Assembly: GCA_913051545.1 (NCBI GenBank)
Contig: CAJXCD010000001.1
Coordinates: forward strand, 236,863-300,862
Source: an uncultured Chloroflexota bacterium
GTDB taxonomy: Bacteria > Chloroflexota > Dehalococcoidia > Lucifugimonadales > CAJXCD01
Direction: 5' to 3'
DNA: 64,000 bases
The notes below the pieces were generated by a model. The model was given only the letters and a program-made list of their open reading frames with translations. It was not told the DNA's origin and did not search any database. Shown piece after piece: positions 9,242 through 19,012 of this stretch. Both the position numbers and the translations under genes were made by a program. The number at the start of each line of letters is the position of its first letter. The first letter of the stretch is position 1.

Positions 9242-9480
9242 ATTATTCAAGTAGTCTGGGTTTGTTGGAATAATTCCAGTGGTTGCAGCGAAGTCTAGAT
9301 TTGACACTTCAGTAGTTAAGATGTTGCTATGGATAGATGATCGTAGGCTAAGGTGGCCATTGGTAGAATTTCAGAGTAGCTTGACGCGTAGGTAATGCTA
9401 GGTTGTATGATGCACTTAAAATAGTTAGGTTTTCAGGATGACTTGGCGTGTGATAGGAATTAACATTTGGGGGTAAGAAA

Positions 9481-10572
9481 TTGAAATCAGCAGTTGTTTA
9501 TGAATTTGGCAAACCTGTTCAGATAAAGGATCTTGTGCAGGATTCTCCAAAGGCAGGAGAAGTCAAAATTAGAATGGGGGCAGCTGGAGTATGTGCTAGT
9601 GATTATCATGTTATGCACGGTAATGCTGTGTTGCCGTTGCCCGTGGCCCTTGGGCATGAGGGAGCCGGAACCGTTATCGAGGTAGGGGAAGGTGTGAGGG
9701 GTCTTAATCCAGGTGATAGATGTATCCTGTCTTTCGTTTCAAATTGTGGCCACTGTCGTACTTGTCGGACAGGCCTACCAAATATTTGCGAGACGAATAT
9801 TGAAACAGGTGTCATGCAATTTGATGGCACCGCTCGTTTACACGACGGAGATTTGGATATAGGTCAAATGGCAAAGATTGGTGTTTTTTCTGAGACTATA
9901 GTGGCTCCACAACAGGCCTGTCACCTTATTCCAGATGAAGTTCCATTCCCTGTGGCGGCGCTCATAGGATGTTGTGTGACAACTGGTGTAGGGGCTGTTA
10001 TTAATAATCCCGCTGCTAAGCCAGGTATAAGCGTGGCTGTATTTGGGTGTGGCGGAGTAGGGTTGAATGTTATTCAAGGTGCTGTATTGATGGGGGCCAG
10101 GCGTATCATCGCAGTAGACATACATAACCATAAGCTGGAATTCGCTTATAAATTTGGTGCAACTGATGTTATCAATTCCAGGGAAACAGATCCGGTAGAG
10201 GTGATCAAATCCCTGACAGGTGATGGCGTTGATATGGCTATTGACAGCTTTGGGTCTACTAAGATAGTGGCTGATGGGGTGAAGTCGCTACGCAGAGGAG
10301 GTACGGCTGTGATGGTTGGCCTAGTGCCGGTAGGTGATACTGCGTCAGTGGATGTAGTTGATATGATTCGTGGACAGAAGACTTTAGTGGGAAGTTATTA
10401 CGGATCTTCTAGTCCGCACGAAACATTCAAAAAGCTTGTGGATTACTACTTGCGTGGACGTATAGACATTGAAGGATTGATTACAAGGACATATAGCTTA
10501 GATCAAATCAATGAGGGATTCAGTGCGATAGAAAATGGCGAGGATGGTCGCGGCGTGATTGTTTTTCCTTAG
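9481..10572 (+). CDS. Zn-dependent alcohol dehydrogenase (class III-like MDR)
   Basis: Catalytic Zn ligands CASD and GHEGAGTV. Structural Zn cluster CGHCRTCRTGLPNIC. Rossmann motif VFGCGGVGL. TTG start with a GGGGG upstream. Confidence 0.85.
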   Translation: MKSAVVYEFGKPVQIKDLVQDSPKAGEVKIRMGAAGVCASDYHVMHGNAVLPLPVALGHEGAGTVIEVGEGVRGLNPGDRCILSFVSNCGHCRTCRTGLPNICETNIETGVMQFDGTARLHDGDLDIGQMAKIGVFSETIVAPQQACHLIPDEVPFPVAALIGCCVTTGVGAVINNPAAKPGISVAVFGCGGVGLNVIQGAVLMGARRIIAVDIHNHKLEFAYKFGATDVINSRETDPVEVIKSLTGDGVDMAIDSFGSTKIVADGVKSLRRGGTAVMVGLVPVGDTASVDVVDMIRGQKTLVGSYYGSSSPHETFKKLVDYYLRGRIDIEGLITRTYSLDQINEGFSAIENGEDGRGVIVFP

Positions 10573-10667
10573 AAACAGGTGGTAATTCGATAGCACGCCT
10601 GAGTTGGGATTTGATCCTCACAATATACGATATAACAAATGCCTAATACATAGTAAGGAGGAGTGTT

Positions 10668-11753
10668 TTGAGGGCAGCTGTAATGTATGAACCGAATAGG
10701 CCCTTAGAAATTCAAGATCTACACCAGGAATCCCCACGTCAAGGTGAGGTTAGGATTTCAATGGAAGCCGCAGGCATCTGCGCAAGTGACCATCATGCAA
10801 CAACTGGACGGATGAAAATGCCACTACCTGTGGTACTAGGGCATGAAGGTTCAGGCACTGTGGTAGAAGTAGGTCCGGGTGTATCGAGAGTAAAGCTTGG
10901 TGATAGATGTATATTATCATTTATGTCACTTTGTGGTTATTGTAGGCAATGTCGATCTGGCACAGGGTTATGCGAAACTCATGCGCTAACTCGTAACATG
11001 CTGTTTGACGGGACAGTGAGGTTACACAGGGAGGATATTGAGATACAGCAAATGGGTAAGATAGGAGTATTTGCAGAATCTGTAGTTGTTCCACAGGAGG
11101 CGTGTTATCCGTTTAAGGATGAATTGTCACCTCAGGCCGCAGCACTAATTGGATGTTGTGTAACCACTGGTGCCGGGGCAGTTATTAACAGTTCTGTGGC
11201 AAGTGCGGGTATGACTGTAGCAGTCTTTGGTTGCGGAGGTGTTGGGCTCAGCGTTATACAGGGTGCGAGGTTGATGAACGCGAGTCGTATAATAGCAGTT
11301 GACGTATATTCACATAAGTTAGAGTTTAGTTATAAATTTGGTGCCACAGATGTGGTTAATTCTAGGGAAACGGACCCAGTCGAAGCTATAGTTGAGCTTA
11401 CAGGGGGTGGTGTGGATATGGCCTTCGACAGTTTTGGAGGATCAATTACAACGGCAGCTGCATTCAACTCTGTACGTAAGGGAGGCACTGCTGTCGTAAT
11501 TGGATTATCCAACCCGGGAGAGTCACCTCCGATAGATTTATATCAAATGGCAGTTAGTCAAAAGTCGTTGGTTGGAAGCTTTTACGGATCCGCGAATCCT
11601 CATGAGACATTCAGTAAACTGGCCAGATTTTGTTCCAGAGACGTTCTTGACGTAGATAGCTTAATTACTCGCACGTATTCACTCGATGAGGTAAATGATG
11701 GACTCGAGGCATTAGAGCGAGGGGAGGATGGTCGTGGTGTCATACTGTTCTAA
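10668..11753 (+). CDS. Zn-dependent alcohol dehydrogenase, tandem paralog
   Basis: Same motif set (CASD, GHEGSGTV, CGYCRQCRSG, VFGCGGVGL). Collinear with the upstream copy. TTG start with an AAGGAGG upstream. Confidence 0.85.
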   Translation: MRAAVMYEPNRPLEIQDLHQESPRQGEVRISMEAAGICASDHHATTGRMKMPLPVVLGHEGSGTVVEVGPGVSRVKLGDRCILSFMSLCGYCRQCRSGTGLCETHALTRNMLFDGTVRLHREDIEIQQMGKIGVFAESVVVPQEACYPFKDELSPQAAALIGCCVTTGAGAVINSSVASAGMTVAVFGCGGVGLSVIQGARLMNASRIIAVDVYSHKLEFSYKFGATDVVNSRETDPVEAIVELTGGGVDMAFDSFGGSITTAAAFNSVRKGGTAVVIGLSNPGESPPIDLYQMAVSQKSLVGSFYGSANPHETFSKLARFCSRDVLDVDSLITRTYSLDEVNDGLEALERGEDGRGVILF

Positions 11754-11764
11754 TAATCTTTAGC

Positions 11765-12856
11765 TTAGAAAAGATTTGGCTGGTCCTTACTCCGATCGTT
11801 TTCAGGATAATCAATACCTAAATGATCGTAGGCTTGTCGCGTTGCTACTCGTCCCCTGCTAGTTCTGTCAAGGAATCCAATTTGTAAAAGAAATGGCTCG
11901 TAGACATCCGTTATAGTATCAGCATCTTCACTTATTGATGCGGCAAGTGTATTAAGTCCGACCGGTCCTCCCTGAAATTTCTCAATAATGGAACGTATTA
12001 CTAAATGATCGGTGTCGTCGAGGCCCAAGTAGTCTACTTCAAGCTTTGTAAGAGCATCTTTTGCTATGTGTCCAGTAATCAGGTTGTCTGCTACTACTTG
12101 TGCATAGTCCCGAACACGCTTAAGAAGACGATTCCCAATTCTAGGAGTGCCTCTCGATCTAGCAGCGATCTCTCGTATACCGTCTTCGTCTGCTTCGATT
12201 TCTAGTATTCTTGCTGAACGACGAATGATTTCTCTCATAGACTCATTGTCGTAAAATTCTAATCTGTATGCTGAACCGAATCTGTCACGTAATGGTGAGC
12301 TAACCATCCCGTACCTTGTGGTAGCACCTATCAGCGTGAACGGCTGAATAGCTAAATTCATGCTTCTGGCTTTGAGCCCCTTATCAATTACCCAAGAAAC
12401 GACAAAGTCTTCCATTGCAGAATAAAGCACCTCTTCGACGATTCTCGGAAGCCGATGGATCTCATCGATGAATAGAACATCTCCTTGTTGGAGACGTGTT
12501 AGGATAGAGACCATATCCGCAGGGCGCTCAATTGCAGGGCCTGAAGTGACCTTGATTGAAACGCCTCTTTCGGCTGCAATAATGTTTCCTAAAGTGGTTT
12601 TGCCTAGTCCTGGTGGGCCATGTAGGAGGATATGGTCGATCGATTCTTGTCTCTGTACTGCTGCAGCTATTGCAATTTCCAGATTAGTTTTTAATCGTGT
12701 TTGTCCTATGTAGTCTGACAAACGCTTGGGACGGAGACTATTGTCAATCGAATGATCTTCTTCTTGAGAAATACCAGATACAACCCGTTCGTTCACTACG
12801 CACCGCCAGACATTAGAACTTGTGTTCATTTTATGTATGGCCTTCATAGGTGTCAA
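11765..12856 (-). CDS. ruvB: Holliday junction branch migration helicase RuvB
   Basis: [12 protein letters not shown], Walker [10 protein letters not shown], Walker [10 protein letters not shown]. The true start is probably one of the internal ATGs (12847 or 12826). Confidence 0.9.
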   Translation of the reverse strand: MTPMKAIHKMNTSSNVWRCVVNERVVSGISQEEDHSIDNSLRPKRLSDYIGQTRLKTNLEIAIAAAVQRQESIDHILLHGPPGLGKTTLGNIIAAERGVSIKVTSGPAIERPADMVSILTRLQQGDVLFIDEIHRLPRIVEEVLYSAMEDFVVSWVIDKGLKARSMNLAIQPFTLIGATTRYGMVSSPLRDRFGSAYRLEFYDNESMREIIRRSARILEIEADEDGIREIAARSRGTPRIGNRLLKRVRDYAQVVADNLITGHIAKDALTKLEVDYLGLDDTDHLVIRSIIEKFQGGPVGLNTLAASISEDADTITDVYEPFLLQIGFLDRTSRGRVATRQAYDHLGIDYPENDRSKDQPNLF

Positions 12857-13024
12857 GCAACGAAGAGGTAGAATGTATTCAGTATGTTTAAGGTCTAAAT
12901 CGAAACATAACTGTGTGGCTGAGTTGTTTTTAGGTGGTTGTAGTAAGAAATGGTTAGGAACGGATGATTTAATATAATTGTTGATTTAGTGATAAGTAGA
13001 CCTAGCTGAATTATCGGAGGAATT

Positions 13025-14401
13025 ATGAATTCTGTAAGTCAGCATATAGATGATGATACCTTGGGGGACATAGGGGATGGCCTTGTGGTCAGGCGTGGCT
13101 CTGTGGCAGATACGGAAGCTTTAGCGGATTTTCAAGCTTCCGAGTGGAAGTATGGTTCACGTGGGGATGAGCCAGAATCTAAGGGAGAGCAAGGAAAAGA
13201 TGATTCTATAAGTGTTTGGACACGTGACTTAATGAGTGGTAGTTTGAGCAACGTTTCTCCAAGTGATTTCACCATAGTTGAAGACACGAGGACAGGACAA
13301 ATTGTGTCATCACTCAATTTGATATCCCAAATTTGGTCCTACGATGGGATACACTTTCCGGTGGGGCGAATCGAATTAGTGGCAACTCACCCAGATTACC
13401 GACGTAGGGGATTGGTGCGTTCTCAGATTAACATAGTTCAGGAATGGAGTGCAGAGAGAGGGGAGTTATTACTAGGAATTACGGGAATACCTTGGTTCTA
13501 TAGGCAGTTTGGATATGAAATGGCTTTGGAACAAAACGGGAGTAAGTTTGGTGAATCTGCTGATATTCAGACAGAAACGCAGGGATATAAATTTCGCCCG
13601 GCAGTAGAGGCTGATTTGGATAACCTGACAAAAATATATAAATCTGCAATGGAGAGGTATTTGGTATCTAGTGTACGAGATAAATATTTGTGGAAATATG
13701 AGCTTGTAGGTCGTAGCAAAGGATCTGCTCATCGACATGAGATACTTATAATTGAACGGACAGACGGTGATTCTGCAGGATATCTTATGCACCAAAAAGC
13801 TTCAGATGTGGACACAAAGTCTAGACGCGTGACAGGGTACGAATTGGTTGATGGTGTGTCTTGGCAGGATGTTACCCCGGCGGTGCTAGAGTATATGCAG
13901 CGCGATGTTGGGCATGATGGAGATACCAGAAGAATACAATTCTCCTTAGGTACGAGCCATCCTTCATACGATTTTTTGGATGATTCTCAGGGAAAACCTA
14001 TTCGCCCCTATGCGTGGTATCTTCGAGTTCCAGATATGGTCTCATTCCTTAGGCATATAGGTTCAGTTTTAGAAAGCAGGATCGAAAAATCACACATGAA
14101 CGGGTATACGGGAGATATTAAAATCAGCTTTGTGGGTGATGGAGTGAGGATACAATTTGAAATGGGTCAGCTGGTGGGTGTATGTCGATGGATTCCGGAA
14201 CAATCAGACAGCAGGCTTGCCCCTAAGGTTCGTGATGCTATGTATCCAGGTTTAACTTTTCTGCAGGTATTATTTGGATTCAGGTCTGTTGACGAAATCG
14301 AGTACGCTTTCCCGGATTGCATCCTAACTTCTGACCAAACACGACAGATATTGGATGTCATGTTTCCCAAAAATGCTTCTTGGATGTGGGGTTTGGAGTA
14401 G
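13025..14401 (+). CDS. GNAT family N-acetyltransferase (Eis-like, multi-domain)
   Basis: Acetyl-CoA binding motif A, THPDYRRRGLVRSQI. The 458-aa length and C-terminal region suggest the Eis-type architecture of GNAT plus a sterol-carrier-like domain. Confidence 0.55.
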   Translation: MNSVSQHIDDDTLGDIGDGLVVRRGSVADTEALADFQASEWKYGSRGDEPESKGEQGKDDSISVWTRDLMSGSLSNVSPSDFTIVEDTRTGQIVSSLNLISQIWSYDGIHFPVGRIELVATHPDYRRRGLVRSQINIVQEWSAERGELLLGITGIPWFYRQFGYEMALEQNGSKFGESADIQTETQGYKFRPAVEADLDNLTKIYKSAMERYLVSSVRDKYLWKYELVGRSKGSAHRHEILIIERTDGDSAGYLMHQKASDVDTKSRRVTGYELVDGVSWQDVTPAVLEYMQRDVGHDGDTRRIQFSLGTSHPSYDFLDDSQGKPIRPYAWYLRVPDMVSFLRHIGSVLESRIEKSHMNGYTGDIKISFVGDGVRIQFEMGQLVGVCRWIPEQSDSRLAPKVRDAMYPGLTFLQVLFGFRSVDEIEYAFPDCILTSDQTRQILDVMFPKNASWMWGLE

Positions 14402-14482
14402 AATAGAAGACTGGCACTTTGTTTTCAGGAGAATCATTCTTAATCATCAATTATAATTGGCTTCCAAAAAATTAAGATAGGA

Positions 14483-16120
14483 ATGGGTGTGCCTTTGGCA
14501 GGTATGCATAATAGAAATCGTGATGATCTGAATCGGAGTCAAGATAAGAAATCTTATGAAACATCCTCCGGGATAGAGATAGAGCGGGTTTATGGACCGG
14601 ACAAGACCGAAAAATTCGACTATGAGAGTAAATTAGGAATACCTGGCGAATACCCTTACACAAGGGGTGTTCAGTCTGACATGTATCGTGGGCGCTTGTG
14701 GACTATGAGGCAGTACTCTGGGTTTGCATCACCGGAGGAATCTAATCAGCGTTACCGATATCTACTTGAGCAAGGCCAGACGGGCCTCAGTGTTGCCTTC
14801 GATTTGCCTACTCAGACCGGGTATGATTCTGATCATCCCCTCGCATTGGGTGAGGTGGGTAGAGCCGGAGTGCCTATATCCAGCCTCGCTGATATGGAAA
14901 TTCTGTTTGATGGTATCCCTCTGGACAAAGTAAGTACTTCGATGACCATTAATTCTACGGCCTCGATACTGTTGGCACTTTACTTATCTGTAGCGAAAAA
15001 GCAAGGACTCGATATTTCAGTCCTGAAGGGCACGATTCAAAACGACATTTTGAAGGAATATATAGCGAGGGGAACATATATTTACCCTCCTGAGCCTTCG
15101 ATGAGACTTGTGACTGATATTTTTAAATATTGCAAGGTAAATGTTCCACTCTGGAACACGATCAGTATAAGTGGGTACCATATGAGAGAAGCTGGGGCTA
15201 CGGCGGCTCAAGAATTAGCCTTCACATTTTCTAATGCTATTGCATACGTTAAGGCGGCATTAGAGTCTGGTTTGAATGTCGACGATTTTGCTTCAAGGCT
15301 GTCATTTTTCTTTGTTGCTCAGAGTGATGTTATGGAGGAAATAGCTAAGTTTAGGGCAGCACGTAGGATGTGGGCTAAAATCATGAAGAAAAGGTTTGGT
15401 GCAAAGAAATCCAAGTCACTAAAACTTCGGTTTCACACGCAGACTGCGGGAGTGACTTTGACTGCTCAGCAGCCAGAAAACAACGTAGTCAGAACTACTC
15501 TTCAAGCATTGGCAGCAGTTCTCGGGGGCACTCAGTCTCTACATGTAAATTCTAAAGATGAAGCATTGGCTTTACCTACAGAAGAGGCAGCTCAGCTCTC
15601 ACTGAGAACTCAGCAAATACTGGCACATGAAAGTGGTATCCCTGACACGGTTGACCCACTGGGGGGGTCTTTCTACATAGAGAGCTTAACTGATCAGCTT
15701 GAATTGGCAGCTTTTGATTACGTTGATCAGATTGATGAGATAGGGGGAGCGGTTGAGGCATTAAGGCAAGGATTCCAGATGAAAGAGATACACGAGAGCG
15801 CATTTAGAATGCAGGCTGATATAGAAAGCCAAGACAAAACAGTTGTAGGTGTTAATAAATACATATCTAACACTCCTCCAATAGAAAAGCTTCAATCCAT
15901 TGACTCGAGTCAGGTTAATATGCAGGTTGAACGACTGAAGGAGATGCGCATAAATAGGGACAACCCGGCAGTTTCATCCGCACTTGAAAGATTAAGAGGG
16001 GTGGTTTGTCGTGGAGAAAATACCATGCCGGCTATCCTCGAATGCGTTGAAGTTTATGCTACCGTAGGAGAAATTTCTCAAGTATTTAGAGATCTATTTG
16101 GAGAACAAAAAGAGATGTAG
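14483..16120 (+). CDS. Methylmalonyl-CoA mutase, large (catalytic TIM-barrel) subunit
   Basis: Strongly MutB-like: [54 protein letters not shown]. Lacks the B12 domain, which is encoded at 17821..18234. Confidence 0.85.
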   Translation: MGVPLAGMHNRNRDDLNRSQDKKSYETSSGIEIERVYGPDKTEKFDYESKLGIPGEYPYTRGVQSDMYRGRLWTMRQYSGFASPEESNQRYRYLLEQGQTGLSVAFDLPTQTGYDSDHPLALGEVGRAGVPISSLADMEILFDGIPLDKVSTSMTINSTASILLALYLSVAKKQGLDISVLKGTIQNDILKEYIARGTYIYPPEPSMRLVTDIFKYCKVNVPLWNTISISGYHMREAGATAAQELAFTFSNAIAYVKAALESGLNVDDFASRLSFFFVAQSDVMEEIAKFRAARRMWAKIMKKRFGAKKSKSLKLRFHTQTAGVTLTAQQPENNVVRTTLQALAAVLGGTQSLHVNSKDEALALPTEEAAQLSLRTQQILAHESGIPDTVDPLGGSFYIESLTDQLELAAFDYVDQIDEIGGAVEALRQGFQMKEIHESAFRMQADIESQDKTVVGVNKYISNTPPIEKLQSIDSSQVNMQVERLKEMRINRDNPAVSSALERLRGVVCRGENTMPAILECVEVYATVGEISQVFRDLFGEQKEM

Positions 16121-16204
16121 AACATTTGGTGTTGTATACAACAGTCTAATTACCCTTCTGATATAGATACTTGTTCTTGTTTTAGGTAAATGAAAGGTTT
16201 CTAA

Positions 16205-17347
16205 GTGGACGAAATGATGCTTACAGATGAAGAGATACTTTTGAGGACAACGGTTCGAGACTTTGCAGAAAAGCAACTGAAACCAAATGCCTCAGCCCTT
16301 GATCAAAATAGAGAATTCCCCTCCGAGAATATTCGTGGCCTTTCAGAATTAGGGTTGTTTGGACTTACCGTAGATGAGAGATATGGAGGAAATGGTGGTA
16401 CAACACGTCAACTAGCCTTGACTATTGAGGAAATCGCACGGGGTTGTGGGTCGACTAGTGTGGTTTATATAGCCCACCTTTCACTATGCACTCATTTTAT
16501 AGAACAATTTGGTACTGAAGAACAGAAGAAAAAATATATTCCTGATCTAGCACGTGCTGAGAAAATAGGAGCATTTGCCCTCACTGAACAGGGTGCGGGC
16601 AGCGATGCTGCAGCGATTAGCCTAAGGGCAAAACGCCACGATAGCTTCTATGAATTAAATGGCACTAAGCTGTTTACAACTAACGCATTAGAGGCTGAGA
16701 CATTTGTAGTTCTAGCAACCCTGGATCCGTCTGCTGGAACCCGAGGGATAGTTGCATTAGTGGTTACTCGTGACGTGGAAGGATTTCAGATAAATTCCCA
16801 GCATGGCAAGATGGGCATGAGGGCAACCTCAACAGCAGAATTGCTTTTTGATAATTGTCTATTACCTGTTGGCAATAGGCTGGGTGGAGAAGGTACGGCT
16901 TTCGGAATGACTATGAGAATTCTTGACGGAAGCCGAATAGCTGTGGCCGCGCAATGCGTAGGGATAGCTCAGGCTGCGTATGAAGCTTCTGTTGATTATG
17001 TACAACAGAGGCATGCATTTGGTCAGGAACTTAGTAAATTTCAGTCGGTTCAGTGGACGATAGCTGACATGGCAACCAACATTGAAGCAGCTCGTTTACT
17101 TACAATGCATGCAGCTACCATGAAAGACAGAAATTTGGGTTATTCTAGAGAGGCGTCCATGGCGAAACTTTTCGCTTCTAGGGTGGCAGTTGAAGCAGCT
17201 GATAAAGCAGTTCAGATTCATGGAGGATCTGGTTATTTTGCCCCTACGGTTGTAGAGCGTCTGTATCGTGATGCAAAGTTAACGGAGATATATGAAGGAA
17301 CATCCGAAGTCCAGCGAATGGTAATATCAAAAAGTTTACTGGAATAA
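16205..17347 (+). CDS. Acyl-CoA dehydrogenase
   Basis: 380 aa with ACAD motifs: FALTEQGAGSDAA, QIHGGSGYF, YEGTSEVQRMVISKSL. GTG start; ATG at 16214 is an alternative. Confidence 0.85.
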   Translation: MDEMMLTDEEILLRTTVRDFAEKQLKPNASALDQNREFPSENIRGLSELGLFGLTVDERYGGNGGTTRQLALTIEEIARGCGSTSVVYIAHLSLCTHFIEQFGTEEQKKKYIPDLARAEKIGAFALTEQGAGSDAAAISLRAKRHDSFYELNGTKLFTTNALEAETFVVLATLDPSAGTRGIVALVVTRDVEGFQINSQHGKMGMRATSTAELLFDNCLLPVGNRLGGEGTAFGMTMRILDGSRIAVAAQCVGIAQAAYEASVDYVQQRHAFGQELSKFQSVQWTIADMATNIEAARLLTMHAATMKDRNLGYSREASMAKLFASRVAVEAADKAVQIHGGSGYFAPTVVERLYRDAKLTEIYEGTSEVQRMVISKSLLE

Positions 17348-17386
17348 ATATAAAAACTGAAAATCTAGTTGTTTTGGAAGGGAATT

Positions 17387-17827
17387 ATGACAGAGCCACT
17401 TTGCGTTATTCAAAATTTAAACCACGTCTGCTTGGCCGTGAATGACATCGAAGAAACACTTGATTTTTATCAAGAGACATTCGGTATTGACCGTCCTGAG
17501 GTAAAGTACCTAGAAGACCAAGCTGTTTTAGCCGCGCTTGTCTCAATTGGAGGCTCACAATTGGAATTCATTCAGCCTACAGATCCTGACTCCGGAGTGG
17601 CTAACTTCATTAACAATCGAGGTGAGGGAATGCACCATATTTGTTTTGAGGTTGAAAACCTTTCGGAAAAGCTAAAAATTTTCTCAGGGGCAGGAGTTAA
17701 ATTAATTGATCAGATGCCAAGAGATGGTCTGTCTGGCCAGATAGCTTTTATTCATCCGAAGTCGACACGAGGAGTACTTGTGGAGTTAGTAGACAAATCT
17801 AGTACGGTGAGGGATAAGACGTGTTAG
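17387..17827 (+). CDS. Methylmalonyl-CoA epimerase (VOC/glyoxalase fold)
   Basis: [18 protein letters not shown] and [11 protein letters not shown] metal-ligand motifs. ATG 17387 is preceded by GGAAGGGA. Overlaps the next gene by 7 nt. Confidence 0.75.
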   Translation: MTEPLCVIQNLNHVCLAVNDIEETLDFYQETFGIDRPEVKYLEDQAVLAALVSIGGSQLEFIQPTDPDSGVANFINNRGEGMHHICFEVENLSEKLKIFSGAGVKLIDQMPRDGLSGQIAFIHPKSTRGVLVELVDKSSTVRDKTC

Positions 17828-18234
17828 ATGTTAACAGAATTATAAGAGTGCTTGTGGCAAAGCCAGGTTTGGACGGACATGACCGAGGCGCAAAAATTAT
17901 TGCGAGAGCGCTTAGGGATGCGGGGATGGAGGTCATTTACACTGGTATACGTCAGACACCGAGTATGATTGTAGAGGTAGCACTTCAAGAAGATGTGGAT
18001 GTAATTGGGCTGAGCATTTTGTCTGGGGCACACATGGATTTATTTCCGAAGATATTTGAAGGTCTTCTCGAGAATAATATGGAGGATGTGATAGTCGTTG
18101 CAGGCGGAATAATTCCTGATCAGGATAAGCCAATACTTGAAGGAATGGGTGTAAGGGCAGTGTTCGGGCCCGGGAGTTCCATGTCTGAAATTGGAGACGC
18201 CATAACAAAGCTCGTGTGTGAAAGAGATGATTAG
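17821..18234 (+). CDS. Methylmalonyl-CoA mutase, small cobalamin-binding subunit
   Basis: 137 aa with the B12-binding DxHxxG motif ([11 protein letters not shown]) and GGIIP. Confidence 0.85.
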   Translation: MLDVNRIIRVLVAKPGLDGHDRGAKIIARALRDAGMEVIYTGIRQTPSMIVEVALQEDVDVIGLSILSGAHMDLFPKIFEGLLENNMEDVIVVAGGIIPDQDKPILEGMGVRAVFGPGSSMSEIGDAITKLVCERDD

Positions 18235-18319
18235 ATGTCTAGCTTGTTAGTTTTTACGTTGACCCTAATTGGCCTAAATGCTAGGATTGCGGCGAACCGA
18301 ACTAACCCTTTGAGGTTCG

Positions 18320-18922
18320 ATGTCTGAGTACGAACAACTGATTAGACAAATCAACGAGTGTAAGCTCTGCGCATTGTCGCAGAAGCGCAACCTGGCTGTC
18401 CCGGGAGAGGGAAGCTTAAATGCAGACATTGTTTTTATTGGTGAAGGCCCCGGTTTTTATGAAGACCAACAGGGTCGACCCTTTGTGGGAGCAGCGGGAC
18501 AACTTTTAGAAAATCTACTAGAGTCGATAGGGTTTAATCGAGAAGATGTTTACATCACTAATATGGTGAAGTGTCGACCTCCAAACAATCGTGATCCTTT
18601 GCCTGGCGAAATAGTTGAGTGTAGGCCATATCTAGATAGACAATTGGAGATTATAAACCCTAAGGTTATAGTTACACTAGGAAGGTATTCGTTCGCTAAA
18701 TTTTTCCCTGGAATTCCTATTAGTAAAGGGAGAGGGATTCCTCAAAAATGGAATAATTTATTGATCTATCCGGTTTATCATCCGGCGGCAGCGTTAAGGA
18801 ACGGAAAATTCCGTTCTGTGTTAGAGAGGGACTTTCAAGGACTGCCTAGAATTCTAGAGGGCAAATTTCAGGATGCGAATCAAGCTGAGAATGATAACTC
18901 ACGGCAAATCAAATTATTTTAA
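18320..18922 (+). CDS. Uracil-DNA glycosylase, family 4
   Basis: CKLC Fe-S cysteines, family-4 motif A GEGPG within FIGEGPGFYEDQQGRPFVGAAG, and HPAA near the C-terminus. Confidence 0.85.
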   Translation: MSEYEQLIRQINECKLCALSQKRNLAVPGEGSLNADIVFIGEGPGFYEDQQGRPFVGAAGQLLENLLESIGFNREDVYITNMVKCRPPNNRDPLPGEIVECRPYLDRQLEIINPKVIVTLGRYSFAKFFPGIPISKGRGIPQKWNNLLIYPVYHPAAALRNGKFRSVLERDFQGLPRILEGKFQDANQAENDNSRQIKLF

Positions 18923-19012
18923 ATTGTTTAGGCAGTCGTAACTTTACTATGTTATATGCCTTATATGGAGTATTGCTAGGCTTGATACCTAAAAACATTA
19001 TTGGTGAAAATT

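Noticed and set aside
16131-16142. Perfect 12-bp palindrome GTTGTATACAAC in the gap between the mutase large subunit and the acyl-CoA dehydrogenase (possible operator)
   Set aside because: A 6+6 perfect palindrome is expected roughly once per 4 kb by chance, so about 15 times in this window. There is no second copy and no recognisable regulator nearby.
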